Below are positions 43,527 to 53,232 of a DNA stretch of 60,258 bases, in pieces. Source of the DNA: Nitrospirota bacterium (lineage in GTDB: Bacteria; Nitrospirota; UBA9217); the NCBI GenBank assembly GCA_037444505.1, contig JBBIMH010000021.1, positions 1-60,258 on the forward strand, read 5' to 3'. The notes under the pieces are model-generated. The model did not search any database. It was not told where the DNA came from and worked only from the letters and a program-made list of their open reading frames with translations. Made by a program: the position numbers and the translations under genes. Every line of letters begins with the position of its first letter. Position 1 is the first letter of the stretch.

Positions 43527-44854
43527 TCCGGCGAGCCGAGTGCATGGAGATGCGTGTATGTCGCGAGCACGTTTTTGTATGTCACGCCGTCCGTCTTTCC
43601 GTCGATGCCGACGCCGCGGCGCATCGTAAAAACCATCCCCGGCAGATCCTCCGTATTCACCACCCGCGAATAATGGAATTCATGCCCCTTTAGGATGCGG
43701 CCTGTCCCGAAAAAAGGATTCTCCTTCTCGACCTCGAGGATCGTATAGCCATGCGCCTGCGGCTTCTTTTCGAGTACAAAATCCACCGGCAGCACCGAGC
43801 TCATGGGATATGTCTTATCCTCGACCCTGAGACTCCTGCCGAGATAGATAAAACCGCCGCACTCTGCATAGACCGGCAATCCGTTCTCTACCGCCGCCTT
43901 CAGCGAGTTGCAGAATGGCTGGTTCTTAGCCAGCTCTCCGGCCTGGGTCTCGGGAAAACCCCCGCCGATATAGAGCCCATCTATAAGCGGCAATGCCCTG
44001 TCATTGAGGGCGTTTATCCTGAGTATCTTCGCGCCGAGCCGCTGAAGGGCCTCGAGATTATCGGGATAATAGAACTGAAAGGCCTTATCCTGCACTACAC
44101 CTATGACTGATTCGAAGCCTCGTTCAGTCTGCTGCCTGTTTATCTTTGCATTTAGGTCTCGGCCTGCGCTGATAGAGATATTCCAAAGAGCATAAAGATC
44201 AATATACTTTTCTACGACCTCTCTTGCAGCCGAAACAGCGGCTGCTACGTCCGGGTGCTCCTCCCGAGGGGTCAAACCCATGTGACGTTCAGGTATTTCT
44301 CCGCGCCTCAATCTCGGCACAGCCCCTATTACAGGTATGCCGCTTGCCTGCTCGACTGCCTTCCTTATGACCGACTCGTGCCTTGCCGAGGAAACGTTGT
44401 TTAGTATGACACCGCTGATTTTAAGATCCGGATCGTAGTTCTTGCACCCGAGCGCCAGCGCGCCGAGCGTTCCTGTTGCTTTTGTACAATCGAGGATGAG
44501 GATGACCGGCGCCTTGAGCAACTTTGCGAGCGCTGCGGTGCTATAAGTACCGGCCTCATCCACGCCGTCATACAATCCTCGGTTTCCCTCGATGACCGCG
44601 GCATCCATATAAGCAATATGCTCTATGAATGACCGTACAATGACCTCTTCCTCCATGAGGAATGGGTCGAGATTATAACACGGCAAGCCTGCTGCGGCGC
44701 TGAGCCAGCCGGCATCGATGAAGTCAGGTCCTTTCTTGAAGGCTGCAACCCGCCACCCTCTTTTCCTGAAGGCTGCTATGATACCTATTGCGAGGGTCGT
44801 CTTGCCTGTTCCGCCTCTCAGGGCCGACAGGACGAGCCGTGGAACACCATACAT
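43460..44854 (-). CDS. dsrN: DsrN, cobyrinic acid a,c-diamide synthase-like sirohaem amidase
   Basis: CobB/CbiA architecture, with a P-loop (GGTGKTT) and a C-terminal glutamine amidotransferase domain (YAECGGFIYL). Located directly after dsrD with a TGATG overlap. Confidence 0.85.
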   Translation of the reverse strand: MYGVPRLVLSALRGGTGKTTLAIGIIAAFRKRGWRVAAFKKGPDFIDAGWLSAAAGLPCYNLDPFLMEEEVIVRSFIEHIAYMDAAVIEGNRGLYDGVDEAGTYSTAALAKLLKAPVILILDCTKATGTLGALALGCKNYDPDLKISGVILNNVSSARHESVIRKAVEQASGIPVIGAVPRLRRGEIPERHMGLTPREEHPDVAAAVSAAREVVEKYIDLYALWNISISAGRDLNAKINRQQTERGFESVIGVVQDKAFQFYYPDNLEALQRLGAKILRINALNDRALPLIDGLYIGGGFPETQAGELAKNQPFCNSLKAAVENGLPVYAECGGFIYLGRSLRVEDKTYPMSSVLPVDFVLEKKPQAHGYTILEVEKENPFFGTGRILKGHEFHYSRVVNTEDLPGMVFTMRRGVGIDGKTDGVTYKNVLATYTHLHALGSPEWAEGLVTQAREYAGRRKREML

Positions 44855-45084
44855 CAGGGATTCGCCGAACCTTCTTTATGCGGAATCTCTATGAAGCTCC
44901 CGCCGAAATACGAGTAGACGAGTTTGCCGCCGTCGACAAGCTCGCGGATCGCTGCCTTCACCTCATCTTCTGTTGCACCCTCCGCGACCATCGCCTTTTT
45001 GATATCTCCAGCCTTGAGCTTCTTCTTGCCCATATTCTTCTCTACGAGGTCATATATCTTCTTCTGCAGTTCCTGGGCATCCAT
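44854..45084 (-). CDS. dsrD: DsrD, small winged-helix protein of reductive dsr operons
   Basis: 76 aa and Lys-rich. LVDGGKLVYSYFGGSFIEI parallels the DsrD ...VLEYWSSGSTTMYGL segment. It sits immediately downstream of dsrB. Confidence 0.8.
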   Translation of the reverse strand: MDAQELQKKIYDLVEKNMGKKKLKAGDIKKAMVAEGATEDEVKAAIRELVDGGKLVYSYFGGSFIEIPHKEGSANP

Positions 45085-45118
45085 GCTTATCTCCCTTCCT
45101 TTCGGGTAGATTGGAATT

Positions 45119-45148
45119 CACCTTGCCGGGTTTCATCCCGGCAAGGTG
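45119..45148 (-). promoter_or_regulatory. Perfect 12-bp stem hairpin between dsrB and dsrD
   Basis: CACCTTGCCGGG (45119..45130) pairs with CCCGGCAAGGTG (45137..45148) around a 6-nt loop. It lies 28 nt after the dsrB stop and has no U-tract. Confidence 0.6.
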
Positions 45149-45176
45149 ATATTATACTCATCTCCGAAGCTTCACG

Positions 45177-46250
45177 CTACTCCCACTTAAACGTCGGCGT
45201 CATCCGGAACGACTCGCGGGCGAAGGTGAAGTCGTCTATATGCTGATACGTAAACGGCAGGCCCGTGAGCTTAAAGAAGCGCTCCCAGCCTATCCGCTCG
45301 ATCCACTCGCCCATGCGTTCGTGCTTTCTCGCATTCGCGGCATATACCTCTACGAGGTGCTTCACCGCCTTCACGACCTCGGGCCAGCGCGGCGGATTGT
45401 TCGGAAGGAATGGAATGGCCAGCTTAGACATCCTTGCCGGGCCGCGTGCATTGGAGACCTTGCCGCCTACCCAGATGGAGATACCGTCGCCGGTGGCATC
45501 CGCAAGAGGAAGAGACGGACACATCGTGTAGCAGTTGCCGCAGTACATGCAGCGCTCTTCCTTGATCTTGACGGACTTGGTGGCCGGGTCAGGGCTGATT
45601 GCGCCGGTAGGACAGGCAGCAATCGTTGTCGGCGTCTCACACTGATTCGCGAATGTCTCTTTGAGCACCCTCGGCGGCTTCCTATGGATGCCGAGGATGG
45701 CGATATCAGAGCAGTGGACAGCGCCGCACATGTTAAGGCAGCAGGCGAGCGCAATCCGCACCCTTGCCGGAAGCGTCTTCGTAGTGAAGTATTCATGGAG
45801 CTCGTCCATTACCGCCTTCACGACGCCAGAGGCATCAGTTGCCGGTGTATGACAGTGTATCCAGCCCTGTGTATGCACGACATTGCTTATGCCGTAGCCG
45901 ATGCCGCCCACGAGGTGTCCGCGCTTCTTGAGTTCTGCCTGGAGCGGCTCGACCTTATCCTTTGTCGGAAAGAACTCAACATTGTGTCTTGTGGTATAGC
46001 GGAGGTGTCCGCCGCTGAACTTGTCCGCTATTTCGCACATCTCGCGGATGAAATCCGTGCTGCAGAGACGTGGTGTGGCCACACGGACTGTGTAGAGTTC
46101 GTCTCCCGTCTCTGAGACATGCTTCATCACGCCCTTGTTGATATATTCATGATACTTCCACTTGCCGTAGTTCTTAGCAATCACCGGCGGCAGGAATTTA
46201 TTGTAGTCTGGTGAGCCCAGGTCGGTTATTCTCTTCGGTTTGTCAGCCAT
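45177..46250 (-). CDS. dsrB: Dissimilatory sulfite reductase beta subunit
   Basis: Sirohaem/[4Fe-4S] cysteine motifs ([20 protein letters not shown]) and a ferredoxin insert ([12 protein letters not shown]). About 357 aa. Confidence 0.95.
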   Translation of the reverse strand: MADKPKRITDLGSPDYNKFLPPVIAKNYGKWKYHEYINKGVMKHVSETGDELYTVRVATPRLCSTDFIREMCEIADKFSGGHLRYTTRHNVEFFPTKDKVEPLQAELKKRGHLVGGIGYGISNVVHTQGWIHCHTPATDASGVVKAVMDELHEYFTTKTLPARVRIALACCLNMCGAVHCSDIAILGIHRKPPRVLKETFANQCETPTTIAACPTGAISPDPATKSVKIKEERCMYCGNCYTMCPSLPLADATGDGISIWVGGKVSNARGPARMSKLAIPFLPNNPPRWPEVVKAVKHLVEVYAANARKHERMGEWIERIGWERFFKLTGLPFTYQHIDDFTFARESFRMTPTFKWE

Positions 46251-46291
46251 TATGATTATTCCTCCTTAGTGAAATTCGCAACATAGTAAAG

Positions 46292-47476
46292 TTATTTTAC
46301 TTCCTCAGCCTTCCAGAACACATAGGGGTTCGTCCTCGGGGCCTTTACCATTTGCGGCACCGGGGGGAGGCCCACTGCCTCGAGGAAGGCCCTCATGCCC
46401 ATCCGGTCGACGAGCTCGCCGATACGCTCGCGGTTCTTTCCATGCTCATCCCACCACTCCCACATCTTGCGGATGAGCTCCTTGAGCTCTGTATACGGCT
46501 TCTCGAGCTTCATGAACGGCACAATCACCCAGCTCATGAGCGCGCCCGTCACTATAGGCGCCTTGCCGCCCAGCATTATCGTTGCGCCCTTCTCCTTGCC
46601 CGGACGGAGTGCCTTTGGCATCAGGTTTATGCAATGCATGCAGCGGTTGCAGTCCTTGTCGTTTATCTTGAGGGTGCTGCCGTCCCAGCTCATGCACTTT
46701 GTGGGGCACATATCCACGACCTCTTCCTGGATATTGATATTCTTCGACTTGGCGTAATTCTTCACCTCCGCCTGATCGATGCGGATATTGTCCCTCCAAG
46801 TGCCTATGATGGAGAGGTCTGCGCGGGCGACGGATGCCGTACAGTCATTTGCGCATGCAGAAACTTTTATCTTGAATTTGTAAGGGAATGCCGGACGGTG
46901 GAGTTCATCTTGGAATTCATGGGTGAGCTCATGGCAGATATTCATGGAATCTATGTTTGCAAATTCGCAACGTGCCATCCCTACGCAGGAGCTCGGTGTT
47001 CGGAGGCAGGAACCGGAACCGCCCAGGTCCCATCCCTTTGCCGTCAACTCAGAGAAAATGGGCTCGAGTTTGTCTGTCTGGGTGCCCAGGAAAATCAGAT
47101 CTCCGGTGGAGCCATGGGTATTGGTGAGTCCGCTTCCATATTTGTCCCAGATATCGCAGAGGTCTCGGAGCGCTTGAGAGGTGTAGAAGAACCCTGAAGG
47201 CGGATTGACGCGGACGGTGTGGAAGTGAGCTACGCCCGGGAACTCCTCAGGCAGATCGCAATAGCGTCCGATAACACCGCCTCCGTAACCCAGAACGCCC
47301 ACGATTCCGCCGTGCTTCCAATGCGTAACCCTGTCTTTATAGGATCTTTCGAGGATGCCGAGCAAATCTTTTGCCGTGTCACTCCGCGCGGCGGCTTTCT
47401 TGATCTCCTTTGCGAAGCTGGGCCACTTGCCTTTTTCCAGGTCGTCAAGCATGGGTGTTTTTCTGTCGTTGCTCAT
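46292..47476 (-). CDS. dsrA: Dissimilatory sulfite reductase alpha subunit
   Basis: N-terminus [13 protein letters not shown], cluster motifs ([22 protein letters not shown]). AAGGAGGG RBS. Confidence 0.95.
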   Translation of the reverse strand: MSNDRKTPMLDDLEKGKWPSFAKEIKKAAARSDTAKDLLGILERSYKDRVTHWKHGGIVGVLGYGGGVIGRYCDLPEEFPGVAHFHTVRVNPPSGFFYTSQALRDLCDIWDKYGSGLTNTHGSTGDLIFLGTQTDKLEPIFSELTAKGWDLGGSGSCLRTPSSCVGMARCEFANIDSMNICHELTHEFQDELHRPAFPYKFKIKVSACANDCTASVARADLSIIGTWRDNIRIDQAEVKNYAKSKNINIQEEVVDMCPTKCMSWDGSTLKINDKDCNRCMHCINLMPKALRPGKEKGATIMLGGKAPIVTGALMSWVIVPFMKLEKPYTELKELIRKMWEWWDEHGKNRERIGELVDRMGMRAFLEAVGLPPVPQMVKAPRTNPYVFWKAEEVK

Positions 47477-48264
47477 ATCAGGAAACCCTCCTTAAAGTGG
47501 ATGTATTGCACTAAAAGCGGTGCTGTATCATTTACATTGTCGCAAAAATCACTGGAGCGCCTTAGCTTTTAGAATTCCGACATGCGGCGGTCTTCGAGAG
47601 GGCATGGCCCCGACTTTGCTGCATACCGGCTTTTGGATCCTCAACCTTTTGGGGTGCTGAAATACTGCTTTTAAGGAAATGCTGTGCTGCTTTCTTGACT
47701 GCTTTGACTGCGGCTACCGCAAGGCCCTGAATATTCTCGAGGGCGATTTAGTATCGGGCATAACGCCTATTTTGTCAAATAAAAAAAACTAATCATTCCA
47801 TAACACGCCATAATTATATTAGCGATACAGTGCCTTATCAAACACTGTCTTTAAAACACGTATCTTAGCCGGCGGCCAAACAAACGCTCGAATTGTTTGC
47901 AATTTGATTGCCATTCTTAAACCTTATCAGTTATATCCCTAAGTTCCTATTTAATAATAAAATGATAACATATGATTATCATAAGTTTAGACCTTATTCA
48001 TGGCGAAAATACCAGCACAGAACAAGGAACAATGTCTAACAGCTCAAAAAATCATCATTTATTCCGCCAAATGAATGTTTTGGCATTTATACCAAAAATC
48101 ATGGCCTACTGAACGATTATCATAAATAGGTCGTATCGCATTGACATCCTACCTTCCTGTCTTCGGTTATATCCGCGGCTTAAGACAATTTGCATTCAAT
48201 ATTTGACTGCGTTTGGATGATCTGTTAGCATATAGAAACTTATTAACTATATAAGGAGACTACA

Positions 48265-48690
48265 ATGCTCGAGGCAAAAGTACGGCTCATAGAAGGGATG
48301 CATTTCGAGGGCTCCGCCACCTCAGGCCATACGCTTCATATGGACTCAGACAAAGAGGTTGGCGGAGAAAACAAGGGATTTAGACCTATGGAATTACTGC
48401 TGGTCGGCTTCGGCGGCTGCTCCGGCATGGATGTTATCTCTATACTCAGGAAAAAGAGGCAGAATGTAACAGGTTTTGAGATCAACATCCGAGGCGAGAA
48501 GAGAGAGGATTATCCGAAGATATACAAAGAAGTACATATAGAATATGTCATAAAGGGCAAGGGCGTCGAGAAGGCCGCAGTAGAACGTGCGATAGAGCTG
48601 TCTCTCACCAAGTACTGCTCAGTAGGCGCCACCCTGGCCAAGGCGGGAACAATAAGCCACAGCTACAGAATCATAGAGGATACTGAATAG
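48265..48690 (+). CDS. OsmC/Ohr-family protein
   Basis: OsmC-type pattern (GFRPMELLLVGFGGCSGMDVISIL ... KYCSVGATL) with both conserved Cys. AAGGAG RBS. Confidence 0.85.
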   Translation: MLEAKVRLIEGMHFEGSATSGHTLHMDSDKEVGGENKGFRPMELLLVGFGGCSGMDVISILRKKRQNVTGFEINIRGEKREDYPKIYKEVHIEYVIKGKGVEKAAVERAIELSLTKYCSVGATLAKAGTISHSYRIIEDTE

Positions 48691-48708
48691 TCAGGATCCG
48701 CAGGACGT

Positions 48709-49752
48709 TTATGACGTCCTGCGGCGCAAAAATCTGATGCACATCCCTATCAAGGATGCCGCTACAAGAACAACCACGGCGCCTATAACACCGGCTGCGG
48801 ATGTGCCGGCCTCTATGCTCGGCCAGGAAGCAGGTCCTGCATCCTCTGCAGCCGCGCCGTCTCCTTTATTTCCGAAGCTGTAGTCCGGCATGAATACCGT
48901 CTTCTCCTGCACTTTTTTAAGAGCGGATGTAATATTGTTCTCCGGCGTTAAGATTTCGGTGTCGCCGAAAACTTTTTCGATGGACCATTCGAGTCCGTCT
49001 GGGTGTATCGAGGCGAACCAGGAAAACACCCCGCCTGTCAGAAGCGCAGCAAGTCCTAATGTAATCAAGAGCTTCCTGAATGAAAGCCTGCTATCTACCG
49101 GCATGCCGTTCGAGATGCCTTGGAGTATCTCAGGCCTCACCGAACGCACATAGCTGATGACGCCGGCAGTTATAAACCCTTCCACGATCCCGATTGCGAG
49201 GTGAATGGGCTGCATCGCGAGGACGAAGGGCACAAATGGCAACTCGCTCCTTCCTGAAAAAAGAGTCTGCAATACCACAGAGAACGCCCCGAGTTGGAGA
49301 GAGACGATGCTGCTTATCATGGCGGCGGACACGATCTTCTTCGGGTCCTTCGCGGCTGCCGCGAGCGGCCGGTATATCAAAGGATAGGCGACAAAACTCG
49401 GATAGAACGCAAGGTTCCAGATATTGCAGCCGAGGGCGAGAAGTCCACCGTCCGCGAAAAACAGGGCCTGAACAGTCAGCACGGATGCCATCACGAGAAA
49501 GGCTGCATAGGGCCCGAGAAGTATCGAGAGCAGCATGCCTCCTGCGAAATGCCCGCTCGAGCCTGTTCCTGGGATAGTAAAATTTATCATCTGCGCCGCG
49601 AAGACGAACGCGCCGAGCACGCCCATGAGCGGTATCATTCTGTCATCAAGACCCTGCTTGAGCTTCTTGGATGCATAAGCGATTGTGGCGGCGGTGCCGG
49701 CCCAGAAGGCGGCGCCCACCGAAGGCGAGAGTAAGGCATCGGCCATGTGCAT
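48709..49752 (-). CDS. cbiM: CbiM/NikM-type ECF substrate-capture subunit fused to a PDGLE (CbiN-like) domain
   Basis: MHMADALLSP N-terminus (metal-binding His2 context) and about 6 TM helices. C-terminal ...IHPDGLEWS plus a final TM helix. Confidence 0.8.
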   Translation of the reverse strand: MHMADALLSPSVGAAFWAGTAATIAYASKKLKQGLDDRMIPLMGVLGAFVFAAQMINFTIPGTGSSGHFAGGMLLSILLGPYAAFLVMASVLTVQALFFADGGLLALGCNIWNLAFYPSFVAYPLIYRPLAAAAKDPKKIVSAAMISSIVSLQLGAFSVVLQTLFSGRSELPFVPFVLAMQPIHLAIGIVEGFITAGVISYVRSVRPEILQGISNGMPVDSRLSFRKLLITLGLAALLTGGVFSWFASIHPDGLEWSIEKVFGDTEILTPENNITSALKKVQEKTVFMPDYSFGNKGDGAAAEDAGPASWPSIEAGTSAAGVIGAVVVLVAASLIGMCIRFLRRRTS

Positions 49753-49776
49753 ATGATTGTCCTCCTGTTTGAAATA

Positions 49777-50556
49777 TCAGAACCTGACGGCAAGCCCCGC
49801 CATCAAGGACATGTCTGTCTCCGATGACGTCAGTCCAAATTTCATCCCAGCGTCGATATCGAAATTCTCATTGAGCGAATAAATCGCGCCCGCTATAAGA
49901 AAGGCAGGATCATCATCAGAAGCGCTGTCCGGATTTTTCTCGATGCCGATGTTTCCGACTATCTTCAAGTCCTTGACCGCCTCGTACATCGTTGCAAGAG
50001 AGGCATGCCAAATATTCTTCTCTTCTCCGAATTCGTTGTTGTTGCGGACATATCCCAGGTTCGCGTGAAACTCCCATGGCGCAGCCTCCATCGAACCGAT
50101 GATGAACAGATGATAGCCTGTCTTGCCTGCGCCGAGGCTTTTGTCCTCATCCCCTGTCGGCAGGACAATGCCTGGCTTTACAGCAAAGCTCAATCCCGCC
50201 GCCTCGTAAAAGCGCCACTTTACCTCGAATGAGATGTCCCCGGGACCGTTTTCGTCATAGACAAGGACACCGCCCTGTTTCTCCTCGGCATCTACATACG
50301 GCAGATTTAAAACCAGGTCGGCATTATCGGCAATGCCATATGAGAAGGCGGCCCCGATTTCCCATCCTGTAGATTCGATAGAGACCCCGGCCTGCGTCTC
50401 CTTGTCCTTGTCGTACTGGCCGTTCAACTCGAGTTGTGTCCTGCCCTTGCCCTGCGTGCCTGTGTCGTCGGTGATCAATGGATGCGCGGTCCATGAAACA
50501 GATGGAGAGAAAAACATTGCCGTAAGTAAAATCGCGGTAAACCATTTAGTATGCAT
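49777..50556 (-). CDS. Outer-membrane beta-barrel channel (MetA-pathway/transporter-like family)
   Basis: Signal peptide, HPLITDDTGTQGKGRTQLELNG motif and terminal ...GLAVRF. I set the start to the ATG at 50556, which has a GGAGG RBS. Confidence 0.65.
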   Translation of the reverse strand: MHTKWFTAILLTAMFFSPSVSWTAHPLITDDTGTQGKGRTQLELNGQYDKDKETQAGVSIESTGWEIGAAFSYGIADNADLVLNLPYVDAEEKQGGVLVYDENGPGDISFEVKWRFYEAAGLSFAVKPGIVLPTGDEDKSLGAGKTGYHLFIIGSMEAAPWEFHANLGYVRNNNEFGEEKNIWHASLATMYEAVKDLKIVGNIGIEKNPDSASDDDPAFLIAGAIYSLNENFDIDAGMKFGLTSSETDMSLMAGLAVRF

Positions 50557-50760
50557 TCCTGCCTCCATATTAGGTAGATTATCCATATCCGGCAGCCGTC
50601 CGGTGATGGTGTTACGATTTTTACAAAAGTAGCACATCGCAGCGTACAAGTCAAGTCTTTTTTTGGCGGCCTTCCGAGACGATGATTGAGTGGATGTTTT
50701 ATATTATCCGGTAGGACTGAAAAATTCCCGGGGCGACGGCGACGGGGTTATTCTGCAGAC

Positions 50761-51417
50761 CTATTTGTTTTCTCTCAGGGTTTTTATCTCGTCCTTCAGG
50801 AGGTCTATCTGCAACTGAAGCTCTATCAGTTTGTCCGCTATGGGGTCCGGGATGTGGATGTGATCAAGAAGGACCTCGTCTGGCACGCGCTCGTCCTTTA
50901 TCCTCACGACCTTGCCTGGGATGCCTACGACAGTGGAATGGTCGGGCACATCCTGGAGCACTACGGAGTTGGCCCCTATCTTGACGTAATCTCCTATCTT
51001 TATGGGCCCGAGCACCTTTGCGCCCGCGCCCACGACCACGTGGCTCCCCAGTGTAGGATGCCGCTTGCCCCGCTGCTTCCCGGTTCCGCCGAGGGTGACG
51101 CCCTGGAAGAGCGTGACGTTGTCGCCTATTTCTGTTGTCTCGCCTATGACGACTCCCATGCCGTGGTCTATGAACAGGCCCGCGCCGATTTCCGCACCCG
51201 GATGTATCTCGATGCCGGTGACGAACCTCGCGAACTGGGAAAGCGCTCGAGGAAAGAACGGCACGCCCTGCTTCCAGAGCCAGTGGGCTAAGCGGTGAAA
51301 AAGCATGGCATGAAAACCTGCATAGGTGAGCGCCACCTCGAGCCTGCTCGTCGCCGCAGGATCCATCGCAAGGGCTGCGCGGAAATCTTTCTTTATCTTA
51401 CGTAGCGTCTCTCGCAT
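50761..51417 (-). CDS. cysE: Serine O-acetyltransferase
   Basis: SATase N-terminal helix domain plus left-handed beta-helix hexapeptide repeats ([34 protein letters not shown]). Confidence 0.9.
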   Translation of the reverse strand: MRETLRKIKKDFRAALAMDPAATSRLEVALTYAGFHAMLFHRLAHWLWKQGVPFFPRALSQFARFVTGIEIHPGAEIGAGLFIDHGMGVVIGETTEIGDNVTLFQGVTLGGTGKQRGKRHPTLGSHVVVGAGAKVLGPIKIGDYVKIGANSVVLQDVPDHSTVVGIPGKVVRIKDERVPDEVLLDHIHIPDPIADKLIELQLQIDLLKDEIKTLRENK

Positions 51418-51451
51418 ATATTTTTGCGTAATCGCGTTCTCACGCAGGCGA

Positions 51452-52033
51452 TTATTCTCTCAGCCATCCAGGCGGTATGCCTGCCTTGCGCGCGGCTTCG
51501 GGAATCACTTCTTCCAATTCATGCCGCGCCTCGTTCATCTCCTTTTGCGTCTCTGTCAACTCCTCTTCTATCTGGACGGCCCTTTCCCTGACAGATAAAG
51601 GCGCATAAGCCGGCGCTCCCCAGGCCCGGAACAATCCCTCCCTTTCGGTCTTGAGTCTCTCGTACTTCTTCTCCGCCTCGGCCAGGCGCTCTTCCGCCTT
51701 TTTCACCCTCTCTTGCCAAGCCGCCTTGAGTTCTTGTTCATTGTTTTTTCCCGGCTCGGACGGCGCGGGATATTGTTCCCTGTACACAGGAGGCGCCTCT
51801 TTCTCCGACGGCTGCAATATCCTCTCCGCCTTGCCACGGTGCTTCGCAGGCACCTTACCGAGGTCGGTCGAGACATGGATATTGCCCTCTTCGTCCTCCC
51901 ATTTATATAGATACTGCTTCTTCTCCGCTTCGTCCTGCCCCTCTGTCTGCGCAGCATCCTGTGTCTGGCAGAACGAAGGCATCGGCGCCACAGCAAGCAG
52001 AACCAGCGGCAATATGATGTCCATCCTTTTCAT
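51452..52033 (-). CDS. Secreted DUF4124-type protein with coiled-coil tail
   Basis: Signal peptide, then [16 protein letters not shown] (the DUF4124 hallmark) and a charged helical C-terminus. Confidence 0.6.
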   Translation of the reverse strand: MKRMDIILPLVLLAVAPMPSFCQTQDAAQTEGQDEAEKKQYLYKWEDEEGNIHVSTDLGKVPAKHRGKAERILQPSEKEAPPVYREQYPAPSEPGKNNEQELKAAWQERVKKAEERLAEAEKKYERLKTEREGLFRAWGAPAYAPLSVRERAVQIEEELTETQKEMNEARHELEEVIPEAARKAGIPPGWLRE

Positions 52034-52537
52034 CTAAGCTCGACTTCCCTGCTCGGACTTTATCCGCCTTTCGATGACAGAGACGGCATATGCGGCAATG
52101 CCCTCTCCCCTGCCGGCGAAACCCAGCCCCTCTGTCGTCGTCGCCTTGATGTTGATCGCCGTCTCATCCGTACCGAGCGCTCGAGCGATGTTCGCGACCA
52201 TGGCGGGGATATGCCTTGCGATCTTGGGCTGCTCCGCCACGACAGTAGCATCGATATTGTTCACACAAAAGCCCTTTTCCTCGATGAGCCTCCTGACTTC
52301 AGAAAGGAGGCTAAGGCTCGATATGCCTCTATACCTTTCATCCGTATCGGGGAAATGCCTTCCGATGTCCCCCAAGCCTGCCGCACCCAACAGCGCATCG
52401 CATATCGCATGCAGCAGGACATCCGCATCGGAATGGCCGAGAAGGCCTTTTGCGTATGGAATATCCACCCCCCCGAGGAGCAGCCTCCTGCCCTCAACAA
52501 GCCTGTGCACATCATAGCCTGTGCCTATTCTCGTCAT
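52034..52537 (-). CDS. ispF: 2-C-methyl-D-erythritol 2,4-cyclodiphosphate synthase
   Basis: [11 protein letters not shown] ... [19 protein letters not shown] ... FPDTD motifs. Confidence 0.95.
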   Translation of the reverse strand: MTRIGTGYDVHRLVEGRRLLLGGVDIPYAKGLLGHSDADVLLHAICDALLGAAGLGDIGRHFPDTDERYRGISSLSLLSEVRRLIEEKGFCVNNIDATVVAEQPKIARHIPAMVANIARALGTDETAINIKATTTEGLGFAGRGEGIAAYAVSVIERRIKSEQGSRA

Positions 52538-53223
52538 CTTCTCCTGAGTATCTCCTCGGCAATGACCAGGTCTTCTGGCGTCGTGATCTTGATGTTATCG
52601 TAGCTCCCCATAATCACCCGCACCTTCATACCGAGCCTCTCCACCAGCATGGAGTCGTCTGTACCGTAGTACCTCTTCTTGTATGAGTCCTCGTATGCGT
52701 GCATGAGCATCTTTGCAGGGAATGCCTGAGGCGTCTGGACTGCCCAGAGTCGGTTCCGCTCGAGGGTGCGCTTCACGATGCTGTCCGCATCCACTTCTTT
52801 TACGGTGTCCTTCACAGGCACGCCCACCACTACACACTCGCCCTTCCTTGCATGCTGCACCGTCTCCCTTATCATCTCCTGAGTGACGAACGGCCTCACC
52901 GCGTCGTGAACCACCACCACCTCTGTGTCCTTCTCCATTTTCATAAGTCCATTATAGACCGAGTCCTGACGCTCCCTGCCGCCGACCACCAGCGTCTTCA
53001 CCTTTGTGAGATGATAGTGCTCGATGATGTCTTTAAGACAAGACTCCATATCTTCCTGCGAAAGGATGGGTATGACCTCGTCCACTTCGGGCGCACGCTG
53101 GAATGCGAGCAGCGTATGAGCAAGCATGGGTTTGTCCCCGAGAAACAAAAACTGCTTCGCCGTCGGTTTCCCCATGCGCCTGCCCACGCCGGCAGCAGGG
53201 ATCAGCGCAGTGACCTTAGACAT
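52534..53223 (-). CDS. ispD: 2-C-methyl-D-erythritol 4-phosphate cytidylyltransferase
   Basis: [11 protein letters not shown] ... [10 protein letters not shown] ... AVQTPQAF motifs. Overlaps ispF by 4 nt. Confidence 0.9.
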   Translation of the reverse strand: MSKVTALIPAAGVGRRMGKPTAKQFLFLGDKPMLAHTLLAFQRAPEVDEVIPILSQEDMESCLKDIIEHYHLTKVKTLVVGGRERQDSVYNGLMKMEKDTEVVVVHDAVRPFVTQEMIRETVQHARKGECVVVGVPVKDTVKEVDADSIVKRTLERNRLWAVQTPQAFPAKMLMHAYEDSYKKRYYGTDDSMLVERLGMKVRVIMGSYDNIKITTPEDLVIAEEILRRR

Positions 53224-53232
53224 AATCGCCTC

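Noticed and set aside
45240-46115. 291-aa + strand ORF inside dsrB. Similar ones lie at 46352..47197 inside dsrA and 55864..56688 inside uvrC.
   Set aside because: They are antisense to highly conserved genes. They are Arg/Ala/His-rich with no family signature.
48032-48112. 26-codon ORF (MSNSSKNHHLFRQMNVLAFIPKIMAY) in the AT-rich dsrA/osmC spacer.
   Set aside because: The only purine-rich stretch (AAGGA) ends 3 nt before the ATG, which is too close for an RBS. Short ORFs arise by chance in AT-rich sequence, and it has no distinguishing features.
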